Below are positions 1-11,722 of a DNA stretch of 64,000 bases, in pieces. This stretch comes from Obrimoposthia wandeli (taxonomy: Eukaryota): contig CDROCS010000506.1 in the NCBI GenBank assembly GCA_977020255.1, forward strand, positions 248,001 through 312,000, written 5' to 3'. The first letter of the stretch is position 1; every line of letters begins with the position of its first letter. Both the position numbers and the translations under genes were made by a program. The notes beneath the pieces are model-generated. The model made no database searches. It was given only the letters and a program-made list of their open reading frames with translations, and had not been told where the DNA came from.

Positions 1-1004
1 CGCTGCTTAAAGCTACGACCAATTTCTGACATCGCACTACCAATCATGTGTGAGTTGGCATCTTCATTCACCATACGCACAAAACAGTCTTTAAGCTGCT
101 TTGACAGTAACACCAAGTCTTCAATATTTTGTTGCAGAAAAATACTGCCCGACAATAACAAACTATTTTGTGATTCATAACGAATAATATCAGCCACTTC
201 AATAAGGCCAATAGGTTGCTTGTTCTTGAGAATAGGTAAATGATGAACGTTATAGCGCAACATCATCAGCATCGCTTCTGATACATAAGCATTATGGTCG
301 AGTGACATTAATTCTGTCGACATCACATCTGAAACGGGGTTATCAACACTCATGCCCATCGCGATAACTTTGGCACACAAGTCATGTTGAGTGATAATAC
401 CGACAAAGTTATTGCCATCTTCGTCGGTGATTGTTGGATCATTAATCAGCGCAGCTGTGACATTTTCTACCGCCATCACTTTCGCCACATCTTGAATTGA
501 TGTGGTGTTTTTCAACATGACTAAATCTCTGCTTAATAACTTTTTCACCTTTGACGTTGTTAATGAATTAGCATCATCATTATTATCTTCAACGGCTTGT
601 TTTAAACGAATCGTACCTTCCACTTCGGAAAAATCTGAAAACGCTTCATAGCGCTCACAAAAATCATAAAAGATTGATTCTGGAATACAATAAAGCAGCG
701 TATCTTTAACGGCTTTAGCAGGTAGTCGCACTTTATTATTGGCGATCAAGCCCATCTGACCGAATATTTCACCTTGGTCTAGACGATTGTATAGCTCACC
801 TTTACGACGGTATATTTCCACCACACCACTGCGAATAAAATACAGTTCATGGATCTTATGACCATATTCAATAATCATCGAATCCGCACGGAAGTAAGAG
901 ATTTCAATGCTCTTAACCACTTCGTTCAATGCTTCTTCTGGCAATTGATCAAAAGGTTGATACTGACTTATAAAATTTTTAATTTCTAGTAATTCGATTT
1001 CCAT
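1..1004 (-). CDS. cNMP-binding + CBS-pair + DUF294 nucleotidyltransferase-like signal protein (5' part; runs off window start)
   Basis: Not in ORF track. Manual translation from ATG at 1004: MEIELLEIKNFISQYQPFDQLPEE...RSGVVEIYRRKGELYNRLDQGEIFGQMGL (cNMP domain), then CBS-like GIITQHDL..KV and HHLPILKNKQPIGLI, then RMVNEDANSHMIGSAMSEIGRSF; I saw no stop in the stretches I translated. Confidence 0.8.
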   Translation of the reverse strand, partial: MEIELLEIKNFISQYQPFDQLPEEALNEVVKSIEISYFRADSMIIEYGHKIHELYFIRSGVVEIYRRKGELYNRLDQGEIFGQMGLIANNKVRLPAKAVKDTLLYCIPESIFYDFCERYEAFSDFSEVEGTIRLKQAVEDNNDDANSLTTSKVKKLLSRDLVMLKNTTSIQDVAKVMAVENVTAALINDPTITDEDGNNFVGIITQHDLCAKVIAMGMSVDNPVSDVMSTELMSLDHNAYVSEAMLMMLRYNVHHLPILKNKQPIGLIEVADIIRYESQNSLLLSGSIFLQQNIEDLVLLSKQLKDCFVRMVNEDANSHMIGSAMSEIGRSFKQ

Positions 1005-1023
1005 TCTTTACTCTATATGTAAT

Positions 1024-1512
1024 TTATTGATATGCCGATGCGCGTTCAATTAAAGACTCAGCTTGTCGGCGTAACAGCCAATCTGCACCCAATGTTATCG
1101 ACTTTTCAGCCAATGAACGGGCTTGCTTATAATTACCTTGATAAAAATAGCGTTCGCCTAAACGATAATAGGTTTCAGGATAACGCGGTGCGATGCGGAT
1201 CGCGCGCTCTAATGACGCGATAGCGCCGCGGTTATCACCACTTTCCACTTGTTTATCAGCACGCTTCATCAGCGATAGTACCGCTGCGGGCGCTTGCGCC
1301 GTATCGTCAACAGGTGCTTGTTTTGGCGTCACCGTTGGCGCAGGCTTGCTTTGTTTATCGGTATCCGCGTTATCTATGCTTGTGCTCGTCGTGCTTTGTA
1401 CTTCAGTCCCATTAGAGTTATATGTTGGGATGGTGCCACAAGCCGTCAGCAACCAGGGTAAGGTCAACAGACACAGGCGTTTAATTATTTTCATTTTACG
1501 TCCATTTTTCAT
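1024..1512 (-). CDS. Outer-membrane TPR lipoprotein, LpoP-like putative PBP1B activator
   Basis: Lipobox LTAC, a Ser/Thr/Pro-rich linker and C-terminal TPR helices (AIASLERAIRIAPRYPETYYRLG); immediately downstream of mrcB on the same strand. The true start may be ATG at 1494. Confidence 0.7.
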   Translation of the reverse strand: MKNGRKMKIIKRLCLLTLPWLLTACGTIPTYNSNGTEVQSTTSTSIDNADTDKQSKPAPTVTPKQAPVDDTAQAPAAVLSLMKRADKQVESGDNRGAIASLERAIRIAPRYPETYYRLGERYFYQGNYKQARSLAEKSITLGADWLLRRQAESLIERASAYQ

Positions 1513-1624
1513 TGTACATGATCACTATTTACTAAATATTCGATGAATAATGTTTGCTTAATGCACAAATATTATTCATCTATAATTCTACGGTTGATCT
1601 GCCCTTATTCTGCACTAGGTCAAA

Positions 1625-3910
1625 TTACTCGACCAAGCCTCGGAACCATTCAATGACCCGCTTAACACCTTGGTTACAACGTAATTCAATTTCAGGTTCA
1701 TAACCGCTTATAAAGGGTAACGGAATAGAGTTAAGACAACTGCCTTGACTACCTTGTCCCGTATCTTTATCTACCCAGCCGACCGTAATATTTTGTGGCG
1801 GAAGATTCTGAATCGGCAATGTCGAACGTTGACGGAAAATATCAGCCCACACACGTAATGCACCACTTGAACCGGTCAGACCGATAGAAGCATTATCATC
1901 ACGTCCCATCCAGACAACCGCCATCATGTCACCAGAAAATCCAGCAAACCAACTGTCTCTTAAATTATTCGTGGTCCCCGTTTTACCTGCTACTTCAAAG
2001 TCAGGTAATAGCCATTCTAGTGCTCTGCCCGAACCTTCATGAGTAACAGCTTGCATCGCATGGCGTAGCATATAAATCGAGCCCGCATCAAAGCGTTTAT
2101 CAACCGCTAACGGATAACTTTTAAGTACATCACCACTTGGATCAACAACCGATCTGATCGCTAATAACGGCGTATAAAAACCATCTGCAGATAAGGTCTG
2201 ATACATTTGCGCCACAGAGATCGGCGACATATCAACAGCACCTAATGTAATCGCAGGTAACTCAGGCACTTTTTGTTCGACACCTAAACGCTTAAGCGTA
2301 TCAACAACGTTACCTAAACCAAGTTCATTCCCTAAACGCGCTGTCGATTGATTATAAGACTTAGCCAGCGCTTTATAGAGTAGTACTTGCCCGTGATCTT
2401 TTTTATCATAATTTTTAGGCGACCAAATATCCCCATTGGGTAAAGTCAGATTATATTCGTCATCACTAATAACAGTGGCCAGATTATACTGTTCTGGTTG
2501 CTCTAACGCGGTTAAATACACCGCAGGCTTTATTAATGAGCCGACTTGACGTCTTGCATCAATGGCACGATTGAAACCAGCAAAGCGGGTGTTAGCACCA
2601 CCTACGATAGCAATCACAGCACCGGTATTTGGTCGGGTAATAACAACAGCACCTTCAAGTTTAGCACTCAATCCATCACGTTTATGTCGCGCAATGGCTT
2701 TAGTTAAACTTAATTCCGCACTGCTTTGCACAAGAGGGTCAAAATGCGTAAAAATAGACAAGCCATTTTCACTTAAATCTTCGACTTTATAGTCACGTTG
2801 TAATTGACGGCGCACCAAATCAAGATAAGCCGGGAATCGCTTCGTACTACTTGCGGTTTGCTCACCCATTCCTAACGGTTGTGCTTTTGCCGTTGCCGCT
2901 AACTCTGCGTCCAAACGTCCTTCGCGTACTGCAATATCCAGTACTAAGTCTCGTCGTTTCAGTGCTCGTGCTGGATTTCGCCATGGATTATAATAGCTAG
3001 CGCCACGCACTAACGCGACCAATAACGCTTGTTTATCAAGTGATAACTCGGCAAGTGATGTTTTGAAATAATACTGACTCGCTAAACCAAAACCATGGAT
3101 AGCACGAGGTCCATCTTGACCAAGGTAAATTTCGTTAACATAACCTTCTAAAATATCAGCCTTGGTGAAATGCAACTCGAGCAGGATCGCCATTAAGGCT
3201 TCTTGCGCTTTACGCGTAAAAGTACGTTCTGAACTCAGGTAATAATTCTTAACCAACTGTTGAGTCAGTGTAGATGCGCCTTGCGAAATGCCCCCTTGTT
3301 TGATATTTGCCACTAATGCACGGGCAATACCACGCACCGAAATACCAAAATGGTCATAAAAGCTATCATCTTCAACCGCCACGAGCATCGCTTGTAACGA
3401 TTCCGGCACTTCAGATAACTGTACTAACAATCTATCTTCATTATGCGCAGGATAAATGCCACCAATAACCACAGGTTCTAGGCGTAACAGTGAGGCATTG
3501 TCATCAGTATCAAGCTTCGTCACTAAGCCATTTTTCACCGTCAGTAAAATGTTACGTGGCGGTTCGAGACCGTCACTAAACTGAAAACCAGGTGTATAGA
3601 CATGCACCTGCTCACCGTCTATATTTGCTTGCCCTGGTTTTGTTGGGTATGCCACAAATTTGTACCCTAACAAACCAAGTTCCGTTTTCAAGTCAGCAAC
3701 CGTTAACGCGGCACCTTCATATAACTCAAGCGGACGTGCGTAAACCGTTGATGGAACCGCCCACTGATTTTCATCAAAAGTAGAGCGAATTATCACATCT
3801 AAATAGACCATTACCGCAATACCAATAAACACAGGGATCAGCAATAATTTCCACCATAAACCTTTACGACTTTTAGTGTTATCGCCTTTTACTTTTTTAC
3901 TCACAAGCAC
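1625..3910 (-). CDS. mrcB: Penicillin-binding protein 1B (bifunctional transglycosylase/transpeptidase)
   Basis: N-terminal TM, UB2H-like region, GT51 motifs EDDSFYDHFG and GASTLTQQLVKN, transpeptidase motifs GSLIKP, SYN and KTG. Confidence 0.95.
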   Translation of the reverse strand: MLVSKKVKGDNTKSRKGLWWKLLLIPVFIGIAVMVYLDVIIRSTFDENQWAVPSTVYARPLELYEGAALTVADLKTELGLLGYKFVAYPTKPGQANIDGEQVHVYTPGFQFSDGLEPPRNILLTVKNGLVTKLDTDDNASLLRLEPVVIGGIYPAHNEDRLLVQLSEVPESLQAMLVAVEDDSFYDHFGISVRGIARALVANIKQGGISQGASTLTQQLVKNYYLSSERTFTRKAQEALMAILLELHFTKADILEGYVNEIYLGQDGPRAIHGFGLASQYYFKTSLAELSLDKQALLVALVRGASYYNPWRNPARALKRRDLVLDIAVREGRLDAELAATAKAQPLGMGEQTASSTKRFPAYLDLVRRQLQRDYKVEDLSENGLSIFTHFDPLVQSSAELSLTKAIARHKRDGLSAKLEGAVVITRPNTGAVIAIVGGANTRFAGFNRAIDARRQVGSLIKPAVYLTALEQPEQYNLATVISDDEYNLTLPNGDIWSPKNYDKKDHGQVLLYKALAKSYNQSTARLGNELGLGNVVDTLKRLGVEQKVPELPAITLGAVDMSPISVAQMYQTLSADGFYTPLLAIRSVVDPSGDVLKSYPLAVDKRFDAGSIYMLRHAMQAVTHEGSGRALEWLLPDFEVAGKTGTTNNLRDSWFAGFSGDMMAVVWMGRDDNASIGLTGSSGALRVWADIFRQRSTLPIQNLPPQNITVGWVDKDTGQGSQGSCLNSIPLPFISGYEPEIELRCNQGVKRVIEWFRGLVE

Positions 3911-4354
3911 CTCTCGTTGTCATTTATCCGTTAAACAACAACTTATTTAATCTATTAGTCAATACGGATCATACCACAGTAAATAAACGCTAAACGATAT
4001 TAGGCTGTAACGCATGATATTTTCATAAAATACAAAATAATACTTTGAAACCAGCATTTAAAAGTCATATTTATAAACTAATTTCATCTAAAAAATGAGG
4101 TAATAAATACGATTAATGCCACTTCAACCACTTTCAAATGAAAACACCAAGGGTTATAGGGTAAAACCGACGATCTTCATTACGAGATCTGCTCACCGAC
4201 ACCAAACACAGTTAATTGCTATAACCTAAATAGCATTAAAATAGCGCTATTACTTAGATATAAAAATGATAATTAGTTCATATTATAGCGAAATCAGCTG
4301 TTAAGACTATGATTAAAAAAACACGTCATAGTTCACATACATCAAGGATCCACG

Positions 4355-4843
4355 ATGAAAATATTTATCCCTCTCGTTTTATCACTCGGTTCAATTGCAG
4401 CGAGCCCCGCCCTAGCTAACGACAAGACATCGGGTGATGTCGACTTTTACCTCGGCGCTAAAACTGGTTATATCTATACCGCATTTGACGAACTAGACCC
4501 TAAATTACCGGCTACTTTTATGCTGGGTATTCAAAAAAGTGGCTTTGGCTTAGAGTTTGAAGGTACTTTTGTTGATATGGATGAAAACAATATTGATTTG
4601 GAATATGAATCTTACGCGCTCTACGGCGTCTACCGTACACCCGGTAAATACTACGCAAAATTAAGGGCGGGTTATTTAGAAGAAACGTTGAAGTCAGATA
4701 CCCAAAAATGGGAAGAAGATGGATTTTCTGGTGGTATTGCCTTTGGTATGGAACTGGGAGATGCATTCAGTATTGAAGCGGGTTATACCGTTATCCAGGC
4801 TGACTTGAAATATTTTTCTGTCGGCGGCAATGTGCACTTCTAA
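4355..4843 (+). CDS. Small outer-membrane beta-barrel protein (OmpA-TM/porin-like)
   Basis: Signal peptide ending ALA, alternating aromatic beta-strands, C-terminal Phe (GGNVHF). Confidence 0.75.
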   Translation: MKIFIPLVLSLGSIAASPALANDKTSGDVDFYLGAKTGYIYTAFDELDPKLPATFMLGIQKSGFGLEFEGTFVDMDENNIDLEYESYALYGVYRTPGKYYAKLRAGYLEETLKSDTQKWEEDGFSGGIAFGMELGDAFSIEAGYTVIQADLKYFSVGGNVHF

Positions 4844-4904
4844 CAAAAAGGGATAGTCAATTGCTTGAGCTATCCCTTTGACACAAAATATCAAACGCTA
4901 ATAA

Positions 4905-6131
4905 TTAAGCTTTAGCCGTTTTTAATTTGCTTTCTTCTTTCGCTAATACAGCGGCTTTATCAACTGGCTTAGTAAAGAACGCGATAACAGTAACTAACAC
5001 TAATAATGCTGAGAACGCAAAATAAGTATTGTTAGTTGAACCTGCAACCGTTGCTAAGAAACCACCGAAGAAACCAGATACACCCCATGAAGAATAAAGG
5101 ATACCGAAGTTAGTGCCGTAAGTTTTTAGACCGTAGTTATCTGCCGTAATCGTTGGGAATACACTTAATAGTGCACCGTATGACATAGCACCAATTGCAA
5201 TTGCAAACATAAGTGGTACTTGCGTTGTAATTGTAGTGAAGAATGCCATGTTAGCCGCTTGCATCATGAATACTAAAGCAAGCGTATTAACACGACCAAT
5301 CTTATCAGATACTAAACCACCAACAACACGACCACCGGTGTTGAAAATTGCAAGTAGTACAACACTGAATGCAATTTGCTCAGGTGTTAAACCAATTGAT
5401 TGACTGATGTTACCAACAGAACCAATAAGCATGATACCTGCAGCCGCTGAAACCATGAACATTACCCATAACTGGTAAAATTGACGCGTTTTCAGCATTT
5501 GTTGCCAAGTCAGGTTGATGTCATCACTTGATGCTGCCGCGTTCGCTTCAGCTGCATCTGCAACATAACCAACAGGTGGTGCAACAAGTAAAGATGCTAA
5601 TGGGATAGCGATAGCTAATAGACCAGCACCCAAAATTTTGAATGTGTCGTAGATACCATAGCTTTCAATAAGGCTAGTAGATAGTGGTGCAAGGTAAACA
5701 GAAGCAAGTCCGAAACCACCAGCAGTTAAACCACTGACTAAGCCTTTTTTACCTTTTGGCCACCATTTCATAGCACTTGGGCTAATACATGCGTATGCGA
5801 AACCGATACCGGCACCCACAATACCACCAAAGGTAAATTCAAGTTCAGTTAACGTTGTTGTATAACCTGAAGCAATAAGACCAACACCAACGAGCGTTAC
5901 ACCAAGCATGGTTACTTTTTTAGGACCAATCTTGTCTTGTAAAATACCAGCAATAAGTAAACAAGTAGCAAATGTGAAAACCGCAATTTTGTATGGTGAT
6001 TTTACATCTGTTGCATTCACGTTCAACGCTTCAGCGAGTGGAACAGTGAAAACACCCCATGCGTATAGGATACCAATTGTTAAGTTAATGCCGATGCCAG
6101 CTAGTAGTATTTGAAGTGGTTTATTACTCAT
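4905..6131 (-). CDS. MFS transporter, oxalate:formate antiporter (OFA) family
   Basis: 12 TM pattern; GILYAWGVF, AGILQDKIGPK, KWWPKGKKGLVSGL and YGLKTYGTNFG are typical of the OFA family. Confidence 0.85.
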   Translation of the reverse strand: MSNKPLQILLAGIGINLTIGILYAWGVFTVPLAEALNVNATDVKSPYKIAVFTFATCLLIAGILQDKIGPKKVTMLGVTLVGVGLIASGYTTTLTELEFTFGGIVGAGIGFAYACISPSAMKWWPKGKKGLVSGLTAGGFGLASVYLAPLSTSLIESYGIYDTFKILGAGLLAIAIPLASLLVAPPVGYVADAAEANAAASSDDINLTWQQMLKTRQFYQLWVMFMVSAAAGIMLIGSVGNISQSIGLTPEQIAFSVVLLAIFNTGGRVVGGLVSDKIGRVNTLALVFMMQAANMAFFTTITTQVPLMFAIAIGAMSYGALLSVFPTITADNYGLKTYGTNFGILYSSWGVSGFFGGFLATVAGSTNNTYFAFSALLVLVTVIAFFTKPVDKAAVLAKEESKLKTAKA

Positions 6132-6471
6132 TTTTGCCTCAAGGTTACAAATATTGCGGCAATTTACACGTTTTGTGATCTAGGTACAACTTTTAATTTA
6201 AAATATACTGAATATATTGAATAAACAAACCGCTTCATTATAGATAAATATCAAGAATAAATTACTTATATAAGATTATTAGACATCATTTAATATTCAA
6301 TTTAAATAACGTTATTTTATATTAAAGCGCGGCTAAAGATATTAAAAATGAATTTCAGAATTACAGAAAGTGTCTTAAACGAAAAATGAGCGCCGAAGCA
6401 CTCACTTAATCATTCACTGTAACAACAATTTGCTATTGCCCTACACCTACTACTTATTAACACGAAGCAAA

Positions 6472-7662
6472 TTAAAGTACAGCTGCAATCGCTTTACATA
6501 ATGGTTGCATGTTGTTTTTAGTCATACCAGCAACACTGATACGGCCAGAACCAACGATGTAAACGGCGTGCTCATCTTTCAATGTAGCAACTTGCTCTTT
6601 TGTTAGACCTGAAAATGAGAACATACCGTTTTGACGAGTAATAAAGCTATAGTCGCCAGTCACGCCCATTTCAGCCAACGTTGCTACAAACAGCTGGCGC
6701 ATTTCGTTAATACGTACGCGCATCTCAGCTACTTCGGCAATCCATTGATTACGTAATACTTCATCATCCAGAATAAGTGCAACAATGGCAGCACCATGTG
6801 CAGGTGGATTCGAATAGTTAGCACGGATACCAGATTTAATTTGGCTAAATGCGGCGACAGCAACCGTTGGGTCTTTTGCTACTAGCGTTAGACCACCAAC
6901 ACGTTCATTGTAAAGACCAAAGTTTTTAGAGAATGAGTTAGCCACTAAAAGCTCTTCACAATGTTCTGCGAATACACGCAAGCCAGCTGCATCTTCTTCT
7001 ACACCGGTAGCAAAACCTTGGTATGCAAAATCAAATAAAGGTAATAGTTTTTTGTTGGCACACAGTTGCGCTAATGTCGTCCACTGTTCCAATGTTGGAT
7101 CAATACCCGTTGGGTTATGGCAGCAACCGTGGAAAAGAACCACATCACCCGCTTCAGCTTCCGCTAAAGATGCAAGCATCGCGTTGAAATCTAAGCCGCG
7201 CGTCTCTGCATCGTAGTAAGCATACTGCTTTACTTCAAGACCCGCGGTATTAAATACATTACCGTGATTCGCCCATGTTGGGTTACTTACCCAAATACGA
7301 TCACTGGTTAAATGACTTTTGATAAAATCGGCAGCTGTACGTAAAGCACCTGTACCACCCGGCGCTTGTGCTGTAATTGCACGTTGCTGAGTAACTACAT
7401 CGCTATCGGCACCAAATAATAGTTTTTGTACTGCAGACGCATAGGCTTTATGGCCTTCAATACTTAAGTAACTTTTACTTTTTTCTTCATCAATTAGCTT
7501 TTGCTCTGCTAATTTAACTGATTTTAGGATAGGAGTTTGACCTGTTTCATCTTTATAAATACCCACACCTAAATTGATTTTTTCGGCACGTGGATCTTTA
7601 GCAAATGCTTCAGTTAAACCTAAAATTGGATCTGCTGCTGCTGTTGCGATTTTCTCAAACAT
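6472..7662 (-). CDS. aspC: Aspartate/aromatic aminotransferase
   Basis: [29 protein letters not shown] and the PLP lysine motif [14 protein letters not shown]. Confidence 0.93.
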   Translation of the reverse strand: MFEKIATAAADPILGLTEAFAKDPRAEKINLGVGIYKDETGQTPILKSVKLAEQKLIDEEKSKSYLSIEGHKAYASAVQKLLFGADSDVVTQQRAITAQAPGGTGALRTAADFIKSHLTSDRIWVSNPTWANHGNVFNTAGLEVKQYAYYDAETRGLDFNAMLASLAEAEAGDVVLFHGCCHNPTGIDPTLEQWTTLAQLCANKKLLPLFDFAYQGFATGVEEDAAGLRVFAEHCEELLVANSFSKNFGLYNERVGGLTLVAKDPTVAVAAFSQIKSGIRANYSNPPAHGAAIVALILDDEVLRNQWIAEVAEMRVRINEMRQLFVATLAEMGVTGDYSFITRQNGMFSFSGLTKEQVATLKDEHAVYIVGSGRISVAGMTKNNMQPLCKAIAAVL

Positions 7663-7814
7663 GGTATTCCCTATCTGTTTGTAATTAAACTACGTAATAA
7701 ACCTAACGTTTGACTTATTTATACCATCACAACCCCTAAATTAATAGTGATGCGACGAAAAATTTACACAGAAATAAGAAATAAATACACAGGCGAATTA
7801 TCTCTGATTTCAAA

Positions 7815-7841
7815 ATAAAAAAAGGAGCCTTTCGGCTCCTT
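7815..7841 (-). terminator. Rho-independent terminator after pntB
   Basis: Stem AAGGAGCC-tttc-GGCTCCTT at 7822-7841 with an A-run on its left (U-tail on the minus strand). Confidence 0.8.
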
Positions 7842-7886
7842 CGATCTTCAACGTCTTGTATCATTTAACCGATACGGACAGCGCAA

Positions 7887-9422
7887 TTACATTGCTTTGA
7901 AGATTTCTTCTACGCTTTCTTTAGCATCGCCAAACAGCATAGTTGTATTCTCTTTGAAGAATAACGGGTTTTGAACACCAGCGTAACCTGTTGCCATACT
8001 ACGTTTGAATACAACAACGTTCGTTGCGTTCCAAACTTCAAGTACTGGCATACCAGAGATTGGCGAATTTTCTTCTTTCGCTGCTGGGTTAACCGTATCA
8101 TTGGCACCGATTACAAGCACGGTATCAGTGGTATTGAAATCTTCGTTGATTTCATCCATTTCTAATACGATGTCGTAAGGTACTTTTGCTTCAGCAAGTA
8201 ATACGTTCATGTGACCCGGTAAACGACCCGCTACAGGGTGAATACCAAAACGTACATCAACACCAGCATCACGTAATTTCTTAGTGATTGCGAATACAGG
8301 ATACTGTGCTTGAGCAACAGCCATACCATAACCAGGAGTGATGATTACACGCTTAGAATTCATCAGCATTTCAGCAACTTCAGCTGCAGATGTTTCAACG
8401 TGAACACCTTGCTCTTCATCACCTGTTGGTGCGACAACATCGTTACCGAAGCCACCAGCAATTACAGAGATAAACGAACGGTTCATCGCTTTACACATTA
8501 CATAACTTAAGATTGCACCTGAAGAACCTACTAGCGCACCCGTTACGATTAACAGATCATTACCTAAGATAAGACCTGTAGCCGCACCAGCCCAACCAGA
8601 GTAAGAGTTAAGCATAGATACTACAACTGGCATATCTGCGCCACCAATTGATAATACTAAATGCGCACCAAATACAATGGCGATAAGGCTCATGATAACT
8701 AATGCTGCAGTATTGCCTTCAAGGCCAGCACCAACAAATGAGAACATTAAGAAGATGATAACGAGCAATGCCGCTAAATTCATTTTGTGGCGGTGCGGTA
8801 ACATTAATGAGCTCGATTTAACTCGACCGTTCAATTTACCCCAAGCAACTAATGAACCAACAAACGTCACGATACCGATGAATACGCCCAGGAAGATCAA
8901 CGTTAAGTGAATGCTTAACATAACTGGTTCTGTAATACTGTGTTCGATATAGCTGTTGTAACCGATGAATACTGCCGCTAAACCACCGAAGCTGTTTAGG
9001 ATCGCAACCATTTCTGGCATTTCAGTCATTGCAACTTTGTTTGCCCAGCGTACACCAAATGCACCACCAGCAAGCATAGCGGCAATGATATAGCCGATGT
9101 TTGTTACGTCGCTGCTAAATAATGTTGCAACAACCGCTACAATCATACCTAGAATACCAACGAAAATACCTTGCTGTGCAGTTTCTTGCTTTGATAGTGC
9201 AGCAAGAGCAAGTACGAATAGTACCGCAGCAGCGATATAAGCCGCTTCCAAAATACCTTTACCATTTGTTGCAACAACAACATCTTGTACAACTTGAACA
9301 ACAGCTGGCGCTTGTTCTACAACAGCTGATTGTGCCACTTGCGCAGCTTGGGTTGCTGCATCTACTGCTACTTGCGCTGCGTTAATCGCAGTTTGTGCAG
9401 CATCAATTGATTCTTGAGACAT
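7887..9422 (-). CDS. pntB: NAD(P) transhydrogenase subunit beta, with about 54-aa N-terminal extension
   Basis: [68 protein letters not shown] and [10 protein letters not shown]. Confidence 0.97.
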   Translation of the reverse strand: MSQESIDAAQTAINAAQVAVDAATQAAQVAQSAVVEQAPAVVQVVQDVVVATNGKGILEAAYIAAAVLFVLALAALSKQETAQQGIFVGILGMIVAVVATLFSSDVTNIGYIIAAMLAGGAFGVRWANKVAMTEMPEMVAILNSFGGLAAVFIGYNSYIEHSITEPVMLSIHLTLIFLGVFIGIVTFVGSLVAWGKLNGRVKSSSLMLPHRHKMNLAALLVIIFLMFSFVGAGLEGNTAALVIMSLIAIVFGAHLVLSIGGADMPVVVSMLNSYSGWAGAATGLILGNDLLIVTGALVGSSGAILSYVMCKAMNRSFISVIAGGFGNDVVAPTGDEEQGVHVETSAAEVAEMLMNSKRVIITPGYGMAVAQAQYPVFAITKKLRDAGVDVRFGIHPVAGRLPGHMNVLLAEAKVPYDIVLEMDEINEDFNTTDTVLVIGANDTVNPAAKEENSPISGMPVLEVWNATNVVVFKRSMATGYAGVQNPLFFKENTTMLFGDAKESVEEIFKAM

Positions 9423-9433
9423 TATAAAAATCC

Positions 9434-10978
9434 TTATTTACGGAACATTTTCAGCATACGCTCAGTAACGGCAAAACCACCGGCGATGTTGATAGTGGCA
9501 ATAAATGTGCCGAGGAATGCGAGGAAGGTAACAAGACCGCTCTCTGCGCCCATTTGGAAGAAAGCACCAAGGATAACAATACCTGAAATAGCATTAGTTA
9601 CACTCATAAGCGGTGTATGCAATGACGATGCAACGTCCCAAATCAGGTAATAACCAATCACACAAGCCAGTGCAAATACCATTAAGTGATTTAAGAATTC
9701 CGCAGGAACATAACTTGCTAACGCTGAATAAGCCCAGATACCGCCACCCGCTAGGATTGCTTTATAGATACCGGTTTTTTTCTTTTCAGGTTTTGCAGGT
9801 GCTGCTTTCACTTCTTCTTTTTTCGCTGCTTGAGGCGCGGCTGAAACTTGAATCGGTGGCGCTGGCCACGTAATTTCACCGTCTTTAACTACCGTCACAC
9901 CACGTTGAACAACATCATCAAAATTGATGCTCATTTCACCGTCTTTTTCTGGTGTTAATAGTTTAAGCAGGTTAACTAAGTTGGTACCGTAAAGCTGAGA
10001 TGCTTGTGCAGGTAGACGACGAGCCATTTCGTTATAACCGATAACTTTAACGCCACCAGCTGTAGTAATAACTTGATCAACAACACTTGGTTCAACGTTA
10101 CCGCCATTTACGGCAGCTAAATCGACAATCACACTACCCGCTTTCATCGCATCAACCATTTCTTGGCTAACAAGACGTGGTGCTGGACGGCCAGGAATTA
10201 ATGCAGTGGTAATAACGATATCAGCATCAGCAACTTGTTCTGCAAGCATTTTCTGCTCTTGAACTTTATAGTCGTCACTCATTACTTTAGCGTAACCATC
10301 ACCTGAACCAGCAGATTCTTCAAAATCAACTTCTAAGAATTCAGCACCCAAACTGGTGATCTGTTCTTTCACTTCAGGACGTGTATCGTAAGCGCGAACA
10401 ATCGCACCTAGACTACCAGCAGCGCCAACAGCAGCAAGACCAGCAACACCAGCACCAAGAATAAGTACTTTTGCAGGTGGTACTTTACCAGCAGCGGTGA
10501 TTTGACCGGTAAAGAAACGACCAAATTCATTTGCAGATTCAATTACCGCACGGTAACCGGCGATATTAGCCATTGAGCTTAATGCATCAAGTGACTGTGA
10601 ACGTGAGATACGAGGCACAGAGTCCATTGCTAAAACGTTAATTTCACGTTTTGCAAGCTTCTCTAGAAGTTCTTCATTTTGGGCTGGCCAAATGAAACTA
10701 ATTAATGAAGTGCCTTTTTGTAATAACTTAATTTCTTTGTCATTCGCTGGCGCGTTAACTTTAAGTACAATATCTGCAGCCCAAACTTGTTTGGTGTCTG
10801 CCGAAATTGTTGCTCCAGCCGCTTCAAAAGTAGCGTCACTAAAACTAGATAGTTGGCCTGCATTGCTTTCAACCAACACAGAAAAACCTAATTTCTGTAA
10901 CTGCTCAACAGTTGCTGGTGTAGCAGCAACTCGAGTTTCACCTTTGAGGCTCTCTCTTGGTATACCTATTTGCATCAT
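9434..10978 (-). CDS. pntA: NAD(P) transhydrogenase subunit alpha
   Basis: [39 protein letters not shown] and [15 protein letters not shown]. Confidence 0.97.
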   Translation of the reverse strand: MMQIGIPRESLKGETRVAATPATVEQLQKLGFSVLVESNAGQLSSFSDATFEAAGATISADTKQVWAADIVLKVNAPANDKEIKLLQKGTSLISFIWPAQNEELLEKLAKREINVLAMDSVPRISRSQSLDALSSMANIAGYRAVIESANEFGRFFTGQITAAGKVPPAKVLILGAGVAGLAAVGAAGSLGAIVRAYDTRPEVKEQITSLGAEFLEVDFEESAGSGDGYAKVMSDDYKVQEQKMLAEQVADADIVITTALIPGRPAPRLVSQEMVDAMKAGSVIVDLAAVNGGNVEPSVVDQVITTAGGVKVIGYNEMARRLPAQASQLYGTNLVNLLKLLTPEKDGEMSINFDDVVQRGVTVVKDGEITWPAPPIQVSAAPQAAKKEEVKAAPAKPEKKKTGIYKAILAGGGIWAYSALASYVPAEFLNHLMVFALACVIGYYLIWDVASSLHTPLMSVTNAISGIVILGAFFQMGAESGLVTFLAFLGTFIATINIAGGFAVTERMLKMFRK

Positions 10979-11722
10979 CTGTTCCTGTCTGTTTCAACAT
11001 CAAAGATAAAATACTACGTTCCATGTGTATCCCATTTAGCATGAGGTACGGAGAAGCATAAGTACAAAGTATCGGATTCAACCCATTCATAATAAAAATG
11101 AAACGGGGTATTTGTCACTAACGATTGTTCACAAAAATGTGACTTAACGCAACAACAATTTATTTGACCATACCTTATTTCAAATTGAATATAGAATCTA
11201 AAATGTGGATTAACTGTAAAATAAATAATTATCTAACTCGGATTAGAGCATCTTTAAAGTAGGAAATACAAGATTAAATTAGTTTATTCATCAAGGATTT
11301 ACATGACCAAGTCAATCTGGTTTCGTTTGAAAGAATTGTAGATATCAAAAGGTTATAAAATATAAAAATAACACGATGAAATAAAAAGGCATATGTTGTT
11401 ACTTTTTATTATAAAGTATCATTTTTTACATTTTATCGATTTAAGCCATGATTGATGGCTAATTTTACAGCAGGAAAGGTTAAAATTCACTACCCTGAAA
11501 ATAGTGATTCGATAATTTAACCGTCATTTTAGTGAGGATTGATTAGGTTTGACTATGGTATTGAATGGTTTTGTTTATCAAACAGCTGTTTAATTAGAAT
11601 TACACTCCTCCGATGTCTAGACCATTAATGTTATATTTGCAGCACCTTTAAGCTGCTGATCCTTAAACAATAATAATGAATGAATATTACTGTCATAACT
11701 GGCCACCGAGAATAACTCCATT

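Noticed and set aside
6174-6189. CRP site upstream of the OFA transporter (TGTGATCTAGGTACAA)
   Set aside because: The left half is perfect but the right half matches TCACA at only 2/5 without a gap; too weak to call.
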